Assembly: GCF_030536915.1 (NCBI RefSeq)
Contig: NZ_JAUNPC010000005.1
Span: forward strand, 1,857 to 65,856
Source: Paracoccus sp. (in: a-proteobacteria)
Lineage (GTDB): Bacteria; Pseudomonadota; Alphaproteobacteria; Rhodobacterales; Rhodobacteraceae
Direction: 5' to 3'
DNA: 64,000 bases
The first letter of the stretch is position 1. The number at the start of each line of letters is the position of its first letter. Below the pieces are notes generated by a model. It saw only the letters and a program-made list of their open reading frames with translations, had not been told where the DNA came from and did no database searches. Positions 1-9,687 of the stretch are shown here, one piece after another. Made by a program: the position numbers and the translations under genes.

Positions 1-1
1 C

Positions 2-1045
2 GCCCATGCCGCCCGCATGGCCGAGGCTTTCCTAGACCAGCTGATCCTGAACGGCACCACCACCGCCAGCGCCTTCTGTTCCGTCCACCGCGAGAGCGCC
101 GAGGCGCTGTTCGCGGCGGCCGAGACGCGGGGCATGGCGATGCTGGCGGGCAAGGTCATGATGGACCGCAACGCGCCCGAGGCGGTGCTGGACACGGCGC
201 AGGCCTCTTATGACGACAGCCGCGCGCTGATCGAGAAATGGCACGGACGTGGGCGGCTGGAATATATCATCACGCCCCGCTTCGCGATCACCTCGACGCC
301 CGAACAGCTGCGGGCAGCCGGGACGCTGGCCGCCGAGAACCCCGGCCTCGCGATCCAGACGCACCTCAACGAGAACCGCGCCGAGATCGAGCTGACCATG
401 CAGCTTTATCCCGAGGCGAAGGATTACCTCGACATCTACGACCGCTTCGGCCTGCTGGGGCCGCGCAGCCTGATGGGCCATGCGATCCATATGTCCGACC
501 GCGAAATCGCGCAGATGGCCGAGACGGGGACGCGGGCGGTCCACTGCCCGACCTCGAACCTGTTTCTCGGCTCGGGGCTGTTCGACGACCGGGGGATGCG
601 GGACGCAGGGATCGTCACCGGGGTCGCCACCGACATCGGCGGCGGCACCAGCTGGTCGATGCTCGCGACGCTGTCCGAGGCCTACAAGATCGCCCAGATG
701 CGCGGCCAGCGGATGCACCCTTTCGCGGCCTTCCACTGGGCCACGCGTGGAAATGCCATCGCCTTGGGGATGGAGGACCGGGTCGGCAGCGTCCAGCCGG
801 GCCGATATGCCGACCTGGTGGTGCTGGACCCCCGCGCCACGGAAGCCATGCGGCTGCGGCACGACAAGGTGGATTCGCTGATGCAGGAACTGTTCATCCT
901 TCAGGTCATGGGCGACGACCGCGCGGTGGTGGAAACCTATGTCGCCGGCCGCCCGTTGAAGGGTGCGTTTGCGCCACCGGCGAACTGTCCAGCCGCACCG
1001 GCGGAACGTCATTGTTCGTGGACGGACGGCGCTTCGGCTGCCTAA
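2..1045 (+). CDS. guaD: Guanine deaminase, 5'-truncated by window edge
   Basis: Amidohydrolase motifs NGTTTA, ITPRFA, QTHLNEN, HCPTSN, ATDIGGG, GDDR. Confidence 0.9.
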   Translation, partial: AHAARMAEAFLDQLILNGTTTASAFCSVHRESAEALFAAAETRGMAMLAGKVMMDRNAPEAVLDTAQASYDDSRALIEKWHGRGRLEYIITPRFAITSTPEQLRAAGTLAAENPGLAIQTHLNENRAEIELTMQLYPEAKDYLDIYDRFGLLGPRSLMGHAIHMSDREIAQMAETGTRAVHCPTSNLFLGSGLFDDRGMRDAGIVTGVATDIGGGTSWSMLATLSEAYKIAQMRGQRMHPFAAFHWATRGNAIALGMEDRVGSVQPGRYADLVVLDPRATEAMRLRHDKVDSLMQELFILQVMGDDRAVVETYVAGRPLKGAFAPPANCPAAPAERHCSWTDGASAA

Positions 1046-1100
1046 GCTTCGGGCAGCCCAGACCCGGCGCCCGCAGGCGCCCCCAAGAAGGACGCCCGCC

Positions 1101-2534
1101 ATGAATGCTCCCTTCACGCAGCCATCGTTCCGCGACTCGGTCGACCGGATGTTCACCCAGGCTGCGAGCCTCATGGACCTCGCGCCGGGGCTGGAGGAGA
1201 AGATCCGCGTCTGCAATTCCACCTACGTCGTCCGCTTCGGCGTCCGGCTGCGGGGGCAGATCCATACCTTCACCGGCTACCGTTCGGTTCATTCCGAACA
1301 CCACGAGCCGGTCAAGGGCGGCATCCGCTATGCGCTGGGCGTCAACCAGGACGAGGTCGAGGCGCTGGCCGCGCTGATGACCTACAAATGCTCGCTGGTG
1401 GAACTGCCCTTCGGCGGGTCCAAGGGCGGGCTGACGCTGGACCCCCGCGCCTGGGAGGAGGACGAGCTTGAGAAGATCACCCGCCGCTTCACCTACGAGC
1501 TGTCGCGGCGCAGCCTGATCTCGCCCAGCCAGAACGTGCCGGCGCCCGACATGGGCACGGGCGAGCGCGAGATGGCCTGGATGGCCGATGCCTACAAGCG
1601 CCTGCACCCCGAGGACATCAACGCCCGCGCCTGCGTCACCGGCAAGCCGCTGCGGCTGGGCGGCATCGCGGGCCGGGTCGAGGCCACGGGCCGCGGCGTG
1701 CAATACGCCCTGCGCGAGGTCTTCCGCACGCCCGAGGTGCTGGCCCGCGCGGGCCTGACCGGCTCGCTGGAAGGCCAGCGTGTCGTCGTGCAGGGCCTGG
1801 GCAACGTGGGCTTCCACGCGGCGCAGTTCCTGTCCACCGAGGACGGCGCGAAGATCATCGCCGTGGCCGAACGCGACGGGGCGGTGATGAACCCGGACGG
1901 TTTGAACATCGCCGACCTGCAGTCGCACCTGCACGCGACCGGCGGGGTCAGGGGCTTCCCCGGCGCGAGCTTCGAGGCGGACTCGGCGGGTGCGCTGGAA
2001 CTCGACTGCGACATCCTGATCCCGGCCGCGATGGAGGGCGTGATTCACGCGGGCAATGCCGGTCGCATCCATGCGCGGCTGGTGGTCGAGGCGGCGAACG
2101 GTCCCATCACCGCCGAGGGCGACGAGATCCTGCGCCGGCGCGGCACCGTCATCCTGCCCGACCTTTACGCCAACGCGGGCGGCGTCACGGTCAGCTATTT
2201 CGAATGGGTCAAGAACCTGCAGCAGATCAGCTTCGGCCGGCTGGAGCGGCGGCAGGAGGAAGCCCGCCACGCCCTGCTGGTCGATGAACTGGAACGCCTG
2301 TCAGCCGACACCGGGTCGGGCTGGACACTGTCCGAGGGCTTCAAGCAGAAATACCTGCGCGGCGCGGATGAACTGGAACTGGTGCGCTCGGGACTGGACG
2401 ACACCATGCGCAGCGCCTTCCAGCAGATGGCGACGGTGCAGGCCGAGGACGGCCGCGTGCCCGACCTGCGGACCGCCGCCTATATCGTCGCGATCCGCCG
2501 CATCGCCACCAGCTATGGCGCCTTGGGGCTGTAG
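1101..2534 (+). CDS. gdhA: Glu/Leu/Phe/Val dehydrogenase (glutamate dehydrogenase)
   Basis: KGGIRY, PFGGSKGG, VPAPDMGT, GLGNVG, EAANGP, NAGGVTVSYFEW; AAGGA RBS upstream of ATG 1101. Confidence 0.9.
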   Translation: MNAPFTQPSFRDSVDRMFTQAASLMDLAPGLEEKIRVCNSTYVVRFGVRLRGQIHTFTGYRSVHSEHHEPVKGGIRYALGVNQDEVEALAALMTYKCSLVELPFGGSKGGLTLDPRAWEEDELEKITRRFTYELSRRSLISPSQNVPAPDMGTGEREMAWMADAYKRLHPEDINARACVTGKPLRLGGIAGRVEATGRGVQYALREVFRTPEVLARAGLTGSLEGQRVVVQGLGNVGFHAAQFLSTEDGAKIIAVAERDGAVMNPDGLNIADLQSHLHATGGVRGFPGASFEADSAGALELDCDILIPAAMEGVIHAGNAGRIHARLVVEAANGPITAEGDEILRRRGTVILPDLYANAGGVTVSYFEWVKNLQQISFGRLERRQEEARHALLVDELERLSADTGSGWTLSEGFKQKYLRGADELELVRSGLDDTMRSAFQQMATVQAEDGRVPDLRTAAYIVAIRRIATSYGALGL

Positions 2535-2560
2535 GTCGCGCCGGATCGCCACCGCAGCAG

Positions 2561-2628
2561 GGGGGCCGCCTACCCCCCGTCACCGTTTCGGCGATTCCCC
2601 CCCGAGGATATTTGGAACCCTCCGAAGC
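2561..2628 (-). repeat. Short palindromic dispersed repeat, copy R1
   Basis: Minus strand reads GCTTCGGAGGGTTCCAAATATCCTCGGGGGGG, hairpin TCGCCG/CGGTGA, then GGGGGGTAGGCGGCCCCC; aligns with copy at 10516. Confidence 0.7.
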
Positions 2629-2812
2629 CCCGATCTTTCGGCGCCCCGCGAAGGGTCCGCGCGGTCGTGAACATCCTCTGGGAGTGAAGAGGGGGCGGGG
2701 GTCCATCCCGGGGGTGAAAACCGCCGCTTGCTGCAGTCCCGCCAGAACCCCGGCGCAAGTTGCGCGTGACCCGCTTGCCCCCTGCGATGGGGCTGCTATG
2801 ATTGATCCAACG

Positions 2813-2900
2813 CTCGTTGGGGCGCCCCGCGCGGGGCTGAGATGTGCAAGGCACAGCACCCATCGAACCTGATCCGGGTCATGCCGGCGAAGGGAACGGG
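2813..2900 (+). ncRNA. TPP riboswitch
   Basis: GGGG..CTGAGA..ACCC..GAACCTGATCCGGGTCATGCCGGCGAAGGGA hallmark sequence upstream of thiD; GCCATGTC (2922-2929) can pair with GACATGGC (2957-2964), sequestering the RBS and start codon. Confidence 0.95.
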
Positions 2901-2959
2901 CCATGCCGTGCAACTGCGGCTGCCATGTCCCCCTTTGCCGGCCATCGTTGGGGGAAGAC

Positions 2960-3754
2960 ATGGCGATCGCGCTGACCATCGCGGGGTCCGACAGCGGCGG
3001 CGGGGCCGGCATCCAGGCCGATCTCAAGACATTCTCGGCGCTGGGCGTCTATGGCGCCAGCGTCCTGACCGCGATCACCGCGCAGAACACCCACGCCGTG
3101 ACCCGCGTGGAAAGCGTCTCTCCGCAGATGATCCGCGCCCAGATCGAGGCGGTCTTCGACGACCTGAACGTCAGCGCGGTGAAGATCGGGATGCTGGGGA
3201 CCGCCGCCGCCACAAGGGCCGTGGCCGAGGCGCTGGAAGGGCACAGGGTGCCGCTGGTCCTTGACCCGGTGATGATCGCCAAGTCGGGCGACCGGCTGAT
3301 CGAGGATGACGCCATCGCCGCCCTGCGCGATCTGCTGATGCCGCGCGCCACGGTCCTGACCCCCAACCTGCCGGAAGCCGCGCGGCTGCTGGGCCGCACC
3401 GTGGCCGGGGACATGACCGAGGCCGAGGCACAGGGCCGGGCGCTGGCCGCGCTGGGCAGCCAATGGGTGCTGATGAAGGGAGGTCATGCCGAGGGCGAGA
3501 CCTGCACCGACCTGCTTGTCGGTCCCGAGACCCGCAGCTTTTCCGCGCCGCGCATCCGCACGAAGAACAGCCACGGCACCGGCTGCTCGCTGTCCTCGGC
3601 CATCGCGGCGGGGCTGGCGCTGGGCCGGCCGGTGCCCGAGGCCGTGGAACGCGCCCATCGCTGGCTGCAGGGGGCAATCGCCGCCGCGGACAGCCTGCGG
3701 GTGGGCAGCGGTCACGGCCCGGTGCATCACTTCCATGAATGGTGGACGGCGTGA
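2960..3754 (+). CDS. thiD: Hydroxymethylpyrimidine/phosphomethylpyrimidine kinase
   Basis: LTIAGSDSGGGAGIQADLKT, DPVM, TPNLPEA, KGGH, HGTGC. Confidence 0.95.
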   Translation: MAIALTIAGSDSGGGAGIQADLKTFSALGVYGASVLTAITAQNTHAVTRVESVSPQMIRAQIEAVFDDLNVSAVKIGMLGTAAATRAVAEALEGHRVPLVLDPVMIAKSGDRLIEDDAIAALRDLLMPRATVLTPNLPEAARLLGRTVAGDMTEAEAQGRALAALGSQWVLMKGGHAEGETCTDLLVGPETRSFSAPRIRTKNSHGTGCSLSSAIAAGLALGRPVPEAVERAHRWLQGAIAAADSLRVGSGHGPVHHFHEWWTA

Positions 3755-4740
3755 GCGGGCGCTTCACCATCCTCGGCGCGGGGGTCATGGGGCTGGCAGT
3801 GGCCACGGAACTTGCCGCTCGCGGCCACGAAGTCGCGCTGGTGGACCCCGGGGCTGGCCCGGGCGGGCACGGCTGTTCCTGGTGGGCGGGGGGCATGCTC
3901 GCGCCCTTCTGCGAGTTCGAGAGCGCCGAGGAACCCGTACTGCGCCACGGCCAGACCGCCATCGACTGGTGGGAAAGCCATGCCGGTGGCGTCACCCGCA
4001 ACGGCACGCTGGTCGTGGCGCTGGGACGCGACCGGGCGGAACTCGACCGCTTTGCCCGCCGGACCGAGGGCCATGAGATTATCGCCGGCAACCGTATAGG
4101 CGAACTGGAACCGGACCTGAGCGACCGCTTCGACCGCGCCCTGTTCTTCGCGGCCGAGGCGCATCTGGACCCCCGCGCCGCGATGGCCGCGCTGCAATCG
4201 GGGCTGGCGGCGCGGGGGATCGACGTCCTGGCCGAGCCGCCCGGGGATGCGGGCGAGGTCATCGACTGCCGCGGCCTTGCCGCCCGCGACATCCTGCCCG
4301 ACCTGCGCGGGGTCCGGGGCGAGATGCTGGTGCTGCGCTGCCCCGAGGTGAAACTGTCGCGGCCCGTCCGGCTTTTGCATCCCCGCGTTCCCATCTATCT
4401 TGTTCCCCGCGGCGACGGAGTCTTCATGCTGGGGGCGACGATGATCGAAAGCGACCGGCGGGGCGTCGTGACCGCGCGCTCGGTGCTGGAACTGCTCAGC
4501 GCGGCCTATGCGCTGAACCCGGCCTTCGGCGAGGCCGAGATCCTCGAACTGGGCGCGGATGCGCGCCCGGCCTTCCCCGACAACCTTCCGCGGATCGGCC
4601 GCGTGGATGGCCGGCTTTGCGCCAACGGCCTTTACCGCCACGGCTATCTGCTGGCGCCCGCCGTCGCCCGGCAGCTTGCCGACCATATCGACACGGATGC
4701 GAAACCGGAGTTCTGGCATGAAACTGACGATCAACGGTGA
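3751..4740 (+). CDS. thiO: Glycine oxidase (FAD-dependent)
   Basis: GAGVMG FAD motif, AGGMLAP, NGLYRHG; thi operon context; GTGA overlap with thiD. Confidence 0.9.
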   Translation: MSGRFTILGAGVMGLAVATELAARGHEVALVDPGAGPGGHGCSWWAGGMLAPFCEFESAEEPVLRHGQTAIDWWESHAGGVTRNGTLVVALGRDRAELDRFARRTEGHEIIAGNRIGELEPDLSDRFDRALFFAAEAHLDPRAAMAALQSGLAARGIDVLAEPPGDAGEVIDCRGLAARDILPDLRGVRGEMLVLRCPEVKLSRPVRLLHPRVPIYLVPRGDGVFMLGATMIESDRRGVVTARSVLELLSAAYALNPAFGEAEILELGADARPAFPDNLPRIGRVDGRLCANGLYRHGYLLAPAVARQLADHIDTDAKPEFWHETDDQR

Positions 4741-4915
4741 GATGAAAGAGATCAAGGCGGCCACCGTGGCGGATGCGCTGGCGGCACTCGACCTTGGCCA
4801 TGCGCGGGTCGCGACGGCGCTGAACGGGCAGTTCGTCCCGCAGGAGGCGCGGCCGGACACGGAACTCTCGCCGGGCGACACGCTTGAAATCCTGTCCCCC
4901 ATGCAGGGAGGCTGA
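4718..4915 (+). CDS. thiS: Sulfur carrier protein ThiS
   Basis: 65 aa, MKLTINGE start, C-terminal GG. Confidence 0.93.
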   Translation: MKLTINGEMKEIKAATVADALAALDLGHARVATALNGQFVPQEARPDTELSPGDTLEILSPMQGG

Positions 4916-4916
4916 A

Positions 4917-5681
4917 ATGCCGGTTTTCTACGGCAAGTCCATATCCTCGCCGATGATGCTGGGGACTGCGCAATATCCCAGCCCGGCGATCCTTGCCGCG
5001 GCCTTCAGCGCCTCGGGCGCGGGCGTCGCCACCGTCTCGCTGCGGCGGGAATCGGGCGGCGGGCAGGCTTTCCTGCGGCTGATCGAGGAACTGGGCGTGG
5101 CGCTTCTGCCCAACACGGCCGGCTGCCACACGGTCAAGGAAGCCGTGACCACCGCCCAGATGGCGCGCGAGCTGCTGCGGACCAACTGGATCAAGCTGGA
5201 GGTCATCGGCCATGACGACCTGCTGGCCCCCGATGTCTTTGCGCTGGTCGAGGCGGCGCGGGAACTGTCGCGGCAGGGCTTCAAGGTCTTTCCCTACTGC
5301 ACCGAGGACCTGTCGGTCTGCGACCAGTTGCTGCGGGCCGGGTGCGAGGTGCTGATGCCTTGGGGCGCGCCCATCGGTTCGGGGCTGGGGCTGAACAACC
5401 CGCTGGGGCTTCGGGCCTTGCGGGCGGCCTTCCCGGATGTGCCGCTGGTGATCGACGCGGGCATCGGGCGGCCCAGCCACGCCGCGGCGGCGATGGAACT
5501 GGGCTTTGACGCAGTTCTGCTGAACACCGCCGTCGCCAAGGCGGGCGATCCGGTGACGATGGCCCGCGCGATGGCGCAGGCGCTGGATGCGGGACGCGCG
5601 GCCTTCCTTGCCGACCCGATCGACGAACGCGAGATGGCGACGCCATCGACGCCCCTGATCGGCAAGGCCTTCCTGCAATGA
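4917..5681 (+). CDS. thiG: Thiazole synthase
   Basis: [38 protein letters not shown]. Confidence 0.95.
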   Translation: MPVFYGKSISSPMMLGTAQYPSPAILAAAFSASGAGVATVSLRRESGGGQAFLRLIEELGVALLPNTAGCHTVKEAVTTAQMARELLRTNWIKLEVIGHDDLLAPDVFALVEAARELSRQGFKVFPYCTEDLSVCDQLLRAGCEVLMPWGAPIGSGLGLNNPLGLRALRAAFPDVPLVIDAGIGRPSHAAAAMELGFDAVLLNTAVAKAGDPVTMARAMAQALDAGRAAFLADPIDEREMATPSTPLIGKAFLQ

Positions 5682-6280
5682 CGCAAAGGCTGCCGCGCTT
5701 TTATCCGATCTTCGATTCCGCCGACTGGGTGGCGCGGGCGCTGGCGGTGGGCACCCGCATGGTCCAGCTTCGCGTCAAGGATGCCCCCGAGGACGCGCTG
5801 CGGACCGAGATCGCGGCGGCGCGCGGCCATGCCCGCGCGGCGGGTGCGATCCTTGTCGTCAACGACCACTGGCGGCTTGCGATCGAGCTTGGCTGCGACT
5901 GGCTGCATCTGGGACAGGAGGATCTGGACGGCGCGGACATCCCGGCCATCCGAGCCGCCGGGCTGCGGTTGGGGATTTCGACCCATGACGATGCCGAGCT
6001 TGATCGCGCCCTGTCGCTGCGGCCCGATTATGTCGCGCTCGGTCCCGTCTGGCCGACAATCCTGAAGAAGATGCCCTGGGCGCCGCAGGGACTGGACCGC
6101 GTGGCGGAATGGAAGCGGAGGGTCGGCGAGGTGCCGCTGGTCGCCATCGGCGGGCTGACGCCCGAGCGGGGCCGCGCGGCGCTGAAGGCCGGGGCAGATG
6201 TCGCGTCGGCGGTGACGGACATCACGCGGAACCCCGACCCCGACGCGAGGATGCGCGAATGGCTGAGGGCGGTGGGATGA
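5678..6280 (+). CDS. thiE: Thiamine phosphate synthase
   Basis: VQLRVK, VVNDH, HLGQED, ISTH, VAIGG. Confidence 0.93.
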   Translation: MTQRLPRFYPIFDSADWVARALAVGTRMVQLRVKDAPEDALRTEIAAARGHARAAGAILVVNDHWRLAIELGCDWLHLGQEDLDGADIPAIRAAGLRLGISTHDDAELDRALSLRPDYVALGPVWPTILKKMPWAPQGLDRVAEWKRRVGEVPLVAIGGLTPERGRAALKAGADVASAVTDITRNPDPDARMREWLRAVG

Positions 6281-7401
6281 GCAAGGACGCCCCCCAAGGC
6301 GGGGGTTACACACACCCCCTCGGGCCTGCCGGCCCGTTTGCCGCCGAGAACAATCCACCGGACTCAACCGGCGGGGAAACAGCTTCGGAGGCTGTTTCCC
6401 TTTCCGCTTCCTGTCCGAGCCTCCAAAATCCCCGTGGGGCATTTCTCAAGGAAGAACGGCATCTGCGCCAGATGATCCTGCCCGAAGTCGGCGAAAGGGG
6501 ACAGGCGCAGCTGCGAGGCGCGCGGCTGCTGGTGGTCGGTGCGGGCGGGCTGGGCTCGCCCGCGATCATGTATCTGGCGGGCGCAGGGGTGGGGACGCTG
6601 ACCATCGTCGATCCCGACGTGGTGGAAACCACCAACCTGCACCGCCAGCCGATCCACGCGGGGCGCGTCGGGTGGAACAAGGCGGACTCGGCGCGGGCCT
6701 TTGTCGCGGCGCTCGATCCCGGCATTTCCGTCGTCCCCGTCCACCATCCCCTGACACCCGCGAATGCGGCGGAACTGGTCGAGGGGATGGATGTCGTGCT
6801 GGACTGCGGCGACAGCTTCGCGATGAGCTACATCCTGTCGGATGCCTGCCTGGCGGCGGGGGTGCCGCTGATCTCGGCCTCGGCGCTGGGGCTGACGGGC
6901 TATTGCGGGGGCTTCTGCGGCGGGGCGCCGGGCCTGCGGGCGGTGTTCCCCGACCTGCCCGAACGCGCCGCGACCTGCGCGACCGCGGGCGTCCTTGGCC
7001 CTGTTGTCGGGATGCTCGGCACCATGCAGGCGCAGATGGCGCTGGCGGTGCTGCTGGGGCTGAAGCCATCGCCCCTGGGCCAACTGGTCACGCTGGGGAC
7101 TGGCCTGCGCTGGGGCGGCTTCCGCTTCGACAACGCGGCGGAACCCGAGGGCGGCTTCCGCTTCATCGACGCGGGCGACATCCGCGAGGGCGACTTCGTG
7201 CTGGAACTGCGCCCCGAGGACGAGGCCCCGACCCCCGTCCACCCCGCCGCCCTGCGCGCCGATCCCGCGGTCCCGCCGCAGCCGCCACGGGGCGCCCGCG
7301 CGGTCATCGCCTGCCGGTCCGGCCTGCGGGCATGGCGCGCGGCGCGCATCCTTGCGCCCACCCATGCCGACATTGTCCTGATCGCCACCGGAGACCGCTG
7401 A
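6277..7401 (+). CDS. thiF: ThiF/MoeB-family adenylyltransferase with C-terminal rhodanese-like segment and N-terminal in-frame repeat insertion
   Basis: RQMILPEVG, GAGGLG, NLHRQ, CATAGVLGP, C-terminal CRSGLRA; ATG overlaps thiE stop (ATGA). Confidence 0.88.
   Translation: MSKDAPQGGGYTHPLGPAGPFAAENNPPDSTGGETASEAVSLSASCPSLQNPRGAFLKEERHLRQMILPEVGERGQAQLRGARLLVVGAGGLGSPAIMYLAGAGVGTLTIVDPDVVETTNLHRQPIHAGRVGWNKADSARAFVAALDPGISVVPVHHPLTPANAAELVEGMDVVLDCGDSFAMSYILSDACLAAGVPLISASALGLTGYCGGFCGGAPGLRAVFPDLPERAATCATAGVLGPVVGMLGTMQAQMALAVLLGLKPSPLGQLVTLGTGLRWGGFRFDNAAEPEGGFRFIDAGDIREGDFVLELRPEDEAPTPVHPAALRADPAVPPQPPRGARAVIACRSGLRAWRAARILAPTHADIVLIATGDR
6283..6456 (-). repeat. Composite palindromic repeat (copy R2) inserted in frame in thiF
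   Basis: Minus strand begins TTCTTCCTTGAGAAATGCCCCACGGGG (23/27 identical to the copy at 49437); contains GGGAAACAGC/GCTGTTTCCC and CGGGCC/GGCCCG hairpins and a GGGGG..CCCCC end; 174 nt = 58 codons. Confidence 0.7.
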
Positions 7402-8339
7402 TGAAGCACCTGCTGACCGCCGCGCTGATGGCGCTGGCTTCCCCTGCGCTGGCGCAGGACAGGCTGACGCTGATACTCGACTGGTTCGTGAACCCCGGCC
7501 ATGCCCCCATCGTGATCGCCGAGGAACGGGGCTTCTTCACCGATGCCGGCCTGGAGGTCGAGATCGTGTCCCCCGCCGACCCCGCCGACCCGCCCAAGCT
7601 GGTGGCAGCGGGCCGCGCCGACCTGGGGATCAGCTACCAGCCGCAACTGCACCTGCAGGTGCATGAGGGGCTGCCCCTGCGCCGCGTGGGCACCCTGGTC
7701 GCGATGCCGCTGAACTGCCTGATGGTGCGGGCGGACGGGCCGGTGCAGGAGGTGGCCGACCTGAAAGGCCGCAGGATCGGCTATTCGGTCGCGGGGGTGG
7801 AACAGGCGCTGGTCTCGGCCCTGCTGGCGACCGCGGACATGACGCTGGACGATGTCGAGATGGTCAACGTCAACTGGGCGCTGACCTCGGCGCTTCTGTC
7901 GGGGCAGGTGGACGCCACCATCGGCGGTTTCCGCAATTTCGAGGTCACGCAGATGCGGCTGGCTGGCGGCGAGGGCCGCTGCCTGTTCCTCGAGGAAGAG
8001 GGCCTGCCCGCCTATGACGAGCTGATCTTCGTCGCCAACCCCGAACGGATGGACCGCGACCGGGTGAACCGCTTTCTTTCGGCGGTCGAACGCGGCACCC
8101 AGTTCATGCTGAACCATCCCGAGGAGGCGCGCGGGATCTTCGCCGCCCACGCCCCCGACCTGTCGGATGCCCTGAACACGCAGGCGTGGGAAGACACCTT
8201 CGGCCGCTTCGCCCTGTCCCCCGCCGCGCTGGACCACGGACGCTATCGGCGGTTCGAGCAGTTCCTGCTGGACGCCGGGCTGATCGACGAGGCCTGGCCG
8301 GTGGCCCGCTTCGCGCTTGATCCGGGGGCGGCGGAATGA
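7401..8339 (+). CDS. thiY: ABC substrate-binding protein, NMT1/THI5 (ThiY-like)
   Basis: Signal peptide, LDWFVNPGH, GISYQP; in thi operon. Confidence 0.85.
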   Translation: MKHLLTAALMALASPALAQDRLTLILDWFVNPGHAPIVIAEERGFFTDAGLEVEIVSPADPADPPKLVAAGRADLGISYQPQLHLQVHEGLPLRRVGTLVAMPLNCLMVRADGPVQEVADLKGRRIGYSVAGVEQALVSALLATADMTLDDVEMVNVNWALTSALLSGQVDATIGGFRNFEVTQMRLAGGEGRCLFLEEEGLPAYDELIFVANPERMDRDRVNRFLSAVERGTQFMLNHPEEARGIFAAHAPDLSDALNTQAWEDTFGRFALSPAALDHGRYRRFEQFLLDAGLIDEAWPVARFALDPGAAE

Positions 8340-9007
8340 CGGACTACGGCCGCAGCTTCGCCGCATGGCGCGACACCGCCGAAGGCTGGGACGCCTATGT
8401 GCGCCATTCCTTCGTGCAGGGCCTGGGCGACGGCAGCCTGCCGCGCGGGGCGTTCCTGAACTATCTGGCGCAGGACTACCGCTTCCTGATCCATTTCAGC
8501 CGGGCTTGGGCCTTGGGCGCGGTCAAGGCGGGTACGACGGCCGAGATGCGGGCCTGCATCGCCACCGTGGATGCGCTTGTGAACCACGAGATGCCGCTGC
8601 ACATCCGCCTCTGCGCCGGGGCGGGGATTTCGGCCGAGGAGCTTGAGCGCACCCCCGAGGCGCCCGAGAACCTCGCCTATACGCGCTATGTGCTGGAAGC
8701 GGGCTACTCGGGCGATTTCCTCGATCTGCTGGCGGCTCTGGCCCCTTGCGTGCTGGGCTATGGCGAGATCGGCCTGCGGCTTGCCCGCGAAGGGGCAGCG
8801 GATACCCCCTACCGCGACTGGATCGGAACCTATGCGGGCGAGGATTACCAGCGGGCCTGCCGCGAGGTCGGCGCGCTGATCGACGGCGCCGTCTCCGCGC
8901 GTCTGGGCGGGGCGCCGGAAACCCTGCCGCGCTGGCGCGAACTGGCGGACCGCTTCGCCACGGCGACGCGGCTCGAAGCCGCATTCTGGGGCCTGGGGCG
9001 GACATGA
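8336..9007 (+). CDS. tenA: TenA aminopyrimidine aminohydrolase (Cys-type)
   Basis: YLAQDY, LAPCVLGY active-site Cys, WIGTY, EAAFW. Confidence 0.9.
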   Translation: MTDYGRSFAAWRDTAEGWDAYVRHSFVQGLGDGSLPRGAFLNYLAQDYRFLIHFSRAWALGAVKAGTTAEMRACIATVDALVNHEMPLHIRLCAGAGISAEELERTPEAPENLAYTRYVLEAGYSGDFLDLLAALAPCVLGYGEIGLRLAREGAADTPYRDWIGTYAGEDYQRACREVGALIDGAVSARLGGAPETLPRWRELADRFATATRLEAAFWGLGRT

Positions 9008-9687
9008 CCCCCGCCGCCCCGCGCGTCTCGGGCGAGGTGCCGGGTCTGTTCGGGCCGCTGGCGTTGGCGCTGGAACCGGGGCGGCTGACCTGCCTGCTGG
9101 GGGCCTCGGGCGTCGGCAAATCGACGCTGCTGCGGCTGCTGGCCGGGCTGCCGACGGGGGTCGAGTTCCGGGGCGAGGTCTCGACCCTGCCCTGCGCGCT
9201 GATGGGGCAGGACGCGGGGCTGTTTTCCTGGCTGACCGTCGCGCAGAACATCGGCCTCGGGGCGCGGCTGCGGCACGAGCGTGCCGACCCCGCCCGTATC
9301 GCGGCGCTGATCGATGCGGTGGGGCTGGAGGGGCTGGAGGACCGCCTGCCCGCACAGCTTTCGGGCGGGCAGCGGCAGCGGGTGGCGCTGGCCCGCACAC
9401 TGGCCGAGGACCGGCCGCTGGTGCTGCTGGACGAGCCCTTCTCGGCGCTGGATGCGCGCCTGCGGCTTGAAACCGGCGACATGGCGGCGGCGCTGCTGCG
9501 GGACAGGACCGTGCTGATGGTCACGCATGACCCGGCCGAGGCCGCGCGCCTCGGCGACCGCATCGTGGTGATGACGCCCGGGGGGCTGCACGACCATCCC
9601 GCCCCGCCCGGACCCGCCCCGCGCCGCCACGACGCGTCCGAGGTGCTGGCCGCGCAGGCCGCCCTGACGGACAGGCTGCTCGCATGA
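9004..9687 (+). CDS. ABC transporter ATP-binding subunit (ThiZ-like)
   Basis: GASGVGKST, LSGGQRQR, LLDEPF, VTH. Confidence 0.9.
   Translation: MTPAAPRVSGEVPGLFGPLALALEPGRLTCLLGASGVGKSTLLRLLAGLPTGVEFRGEVSTLPCALMGQDAGLFSWLTVAQNIGLGARLRHERADPARIAALIDAVGLEGLEDRLPAQLSGGQRQRVALARTLAEDRPLVLLDEPFSALDARLRLETGDMAAALLRDRTVLMVTHDPAEAARLGDRIVVMTPGGLHDHPAPPGPAPRRHDASEVLAAQAALTDRLLA

Noticed and set aside
6672-8339. 555-aa ORF suggesting a long ThiY fusion
   Set aside because: The N-terminal part is an alternative frame of thiF; the real start with a signal peptide is ATG 7401, overlapping the thiF stop.
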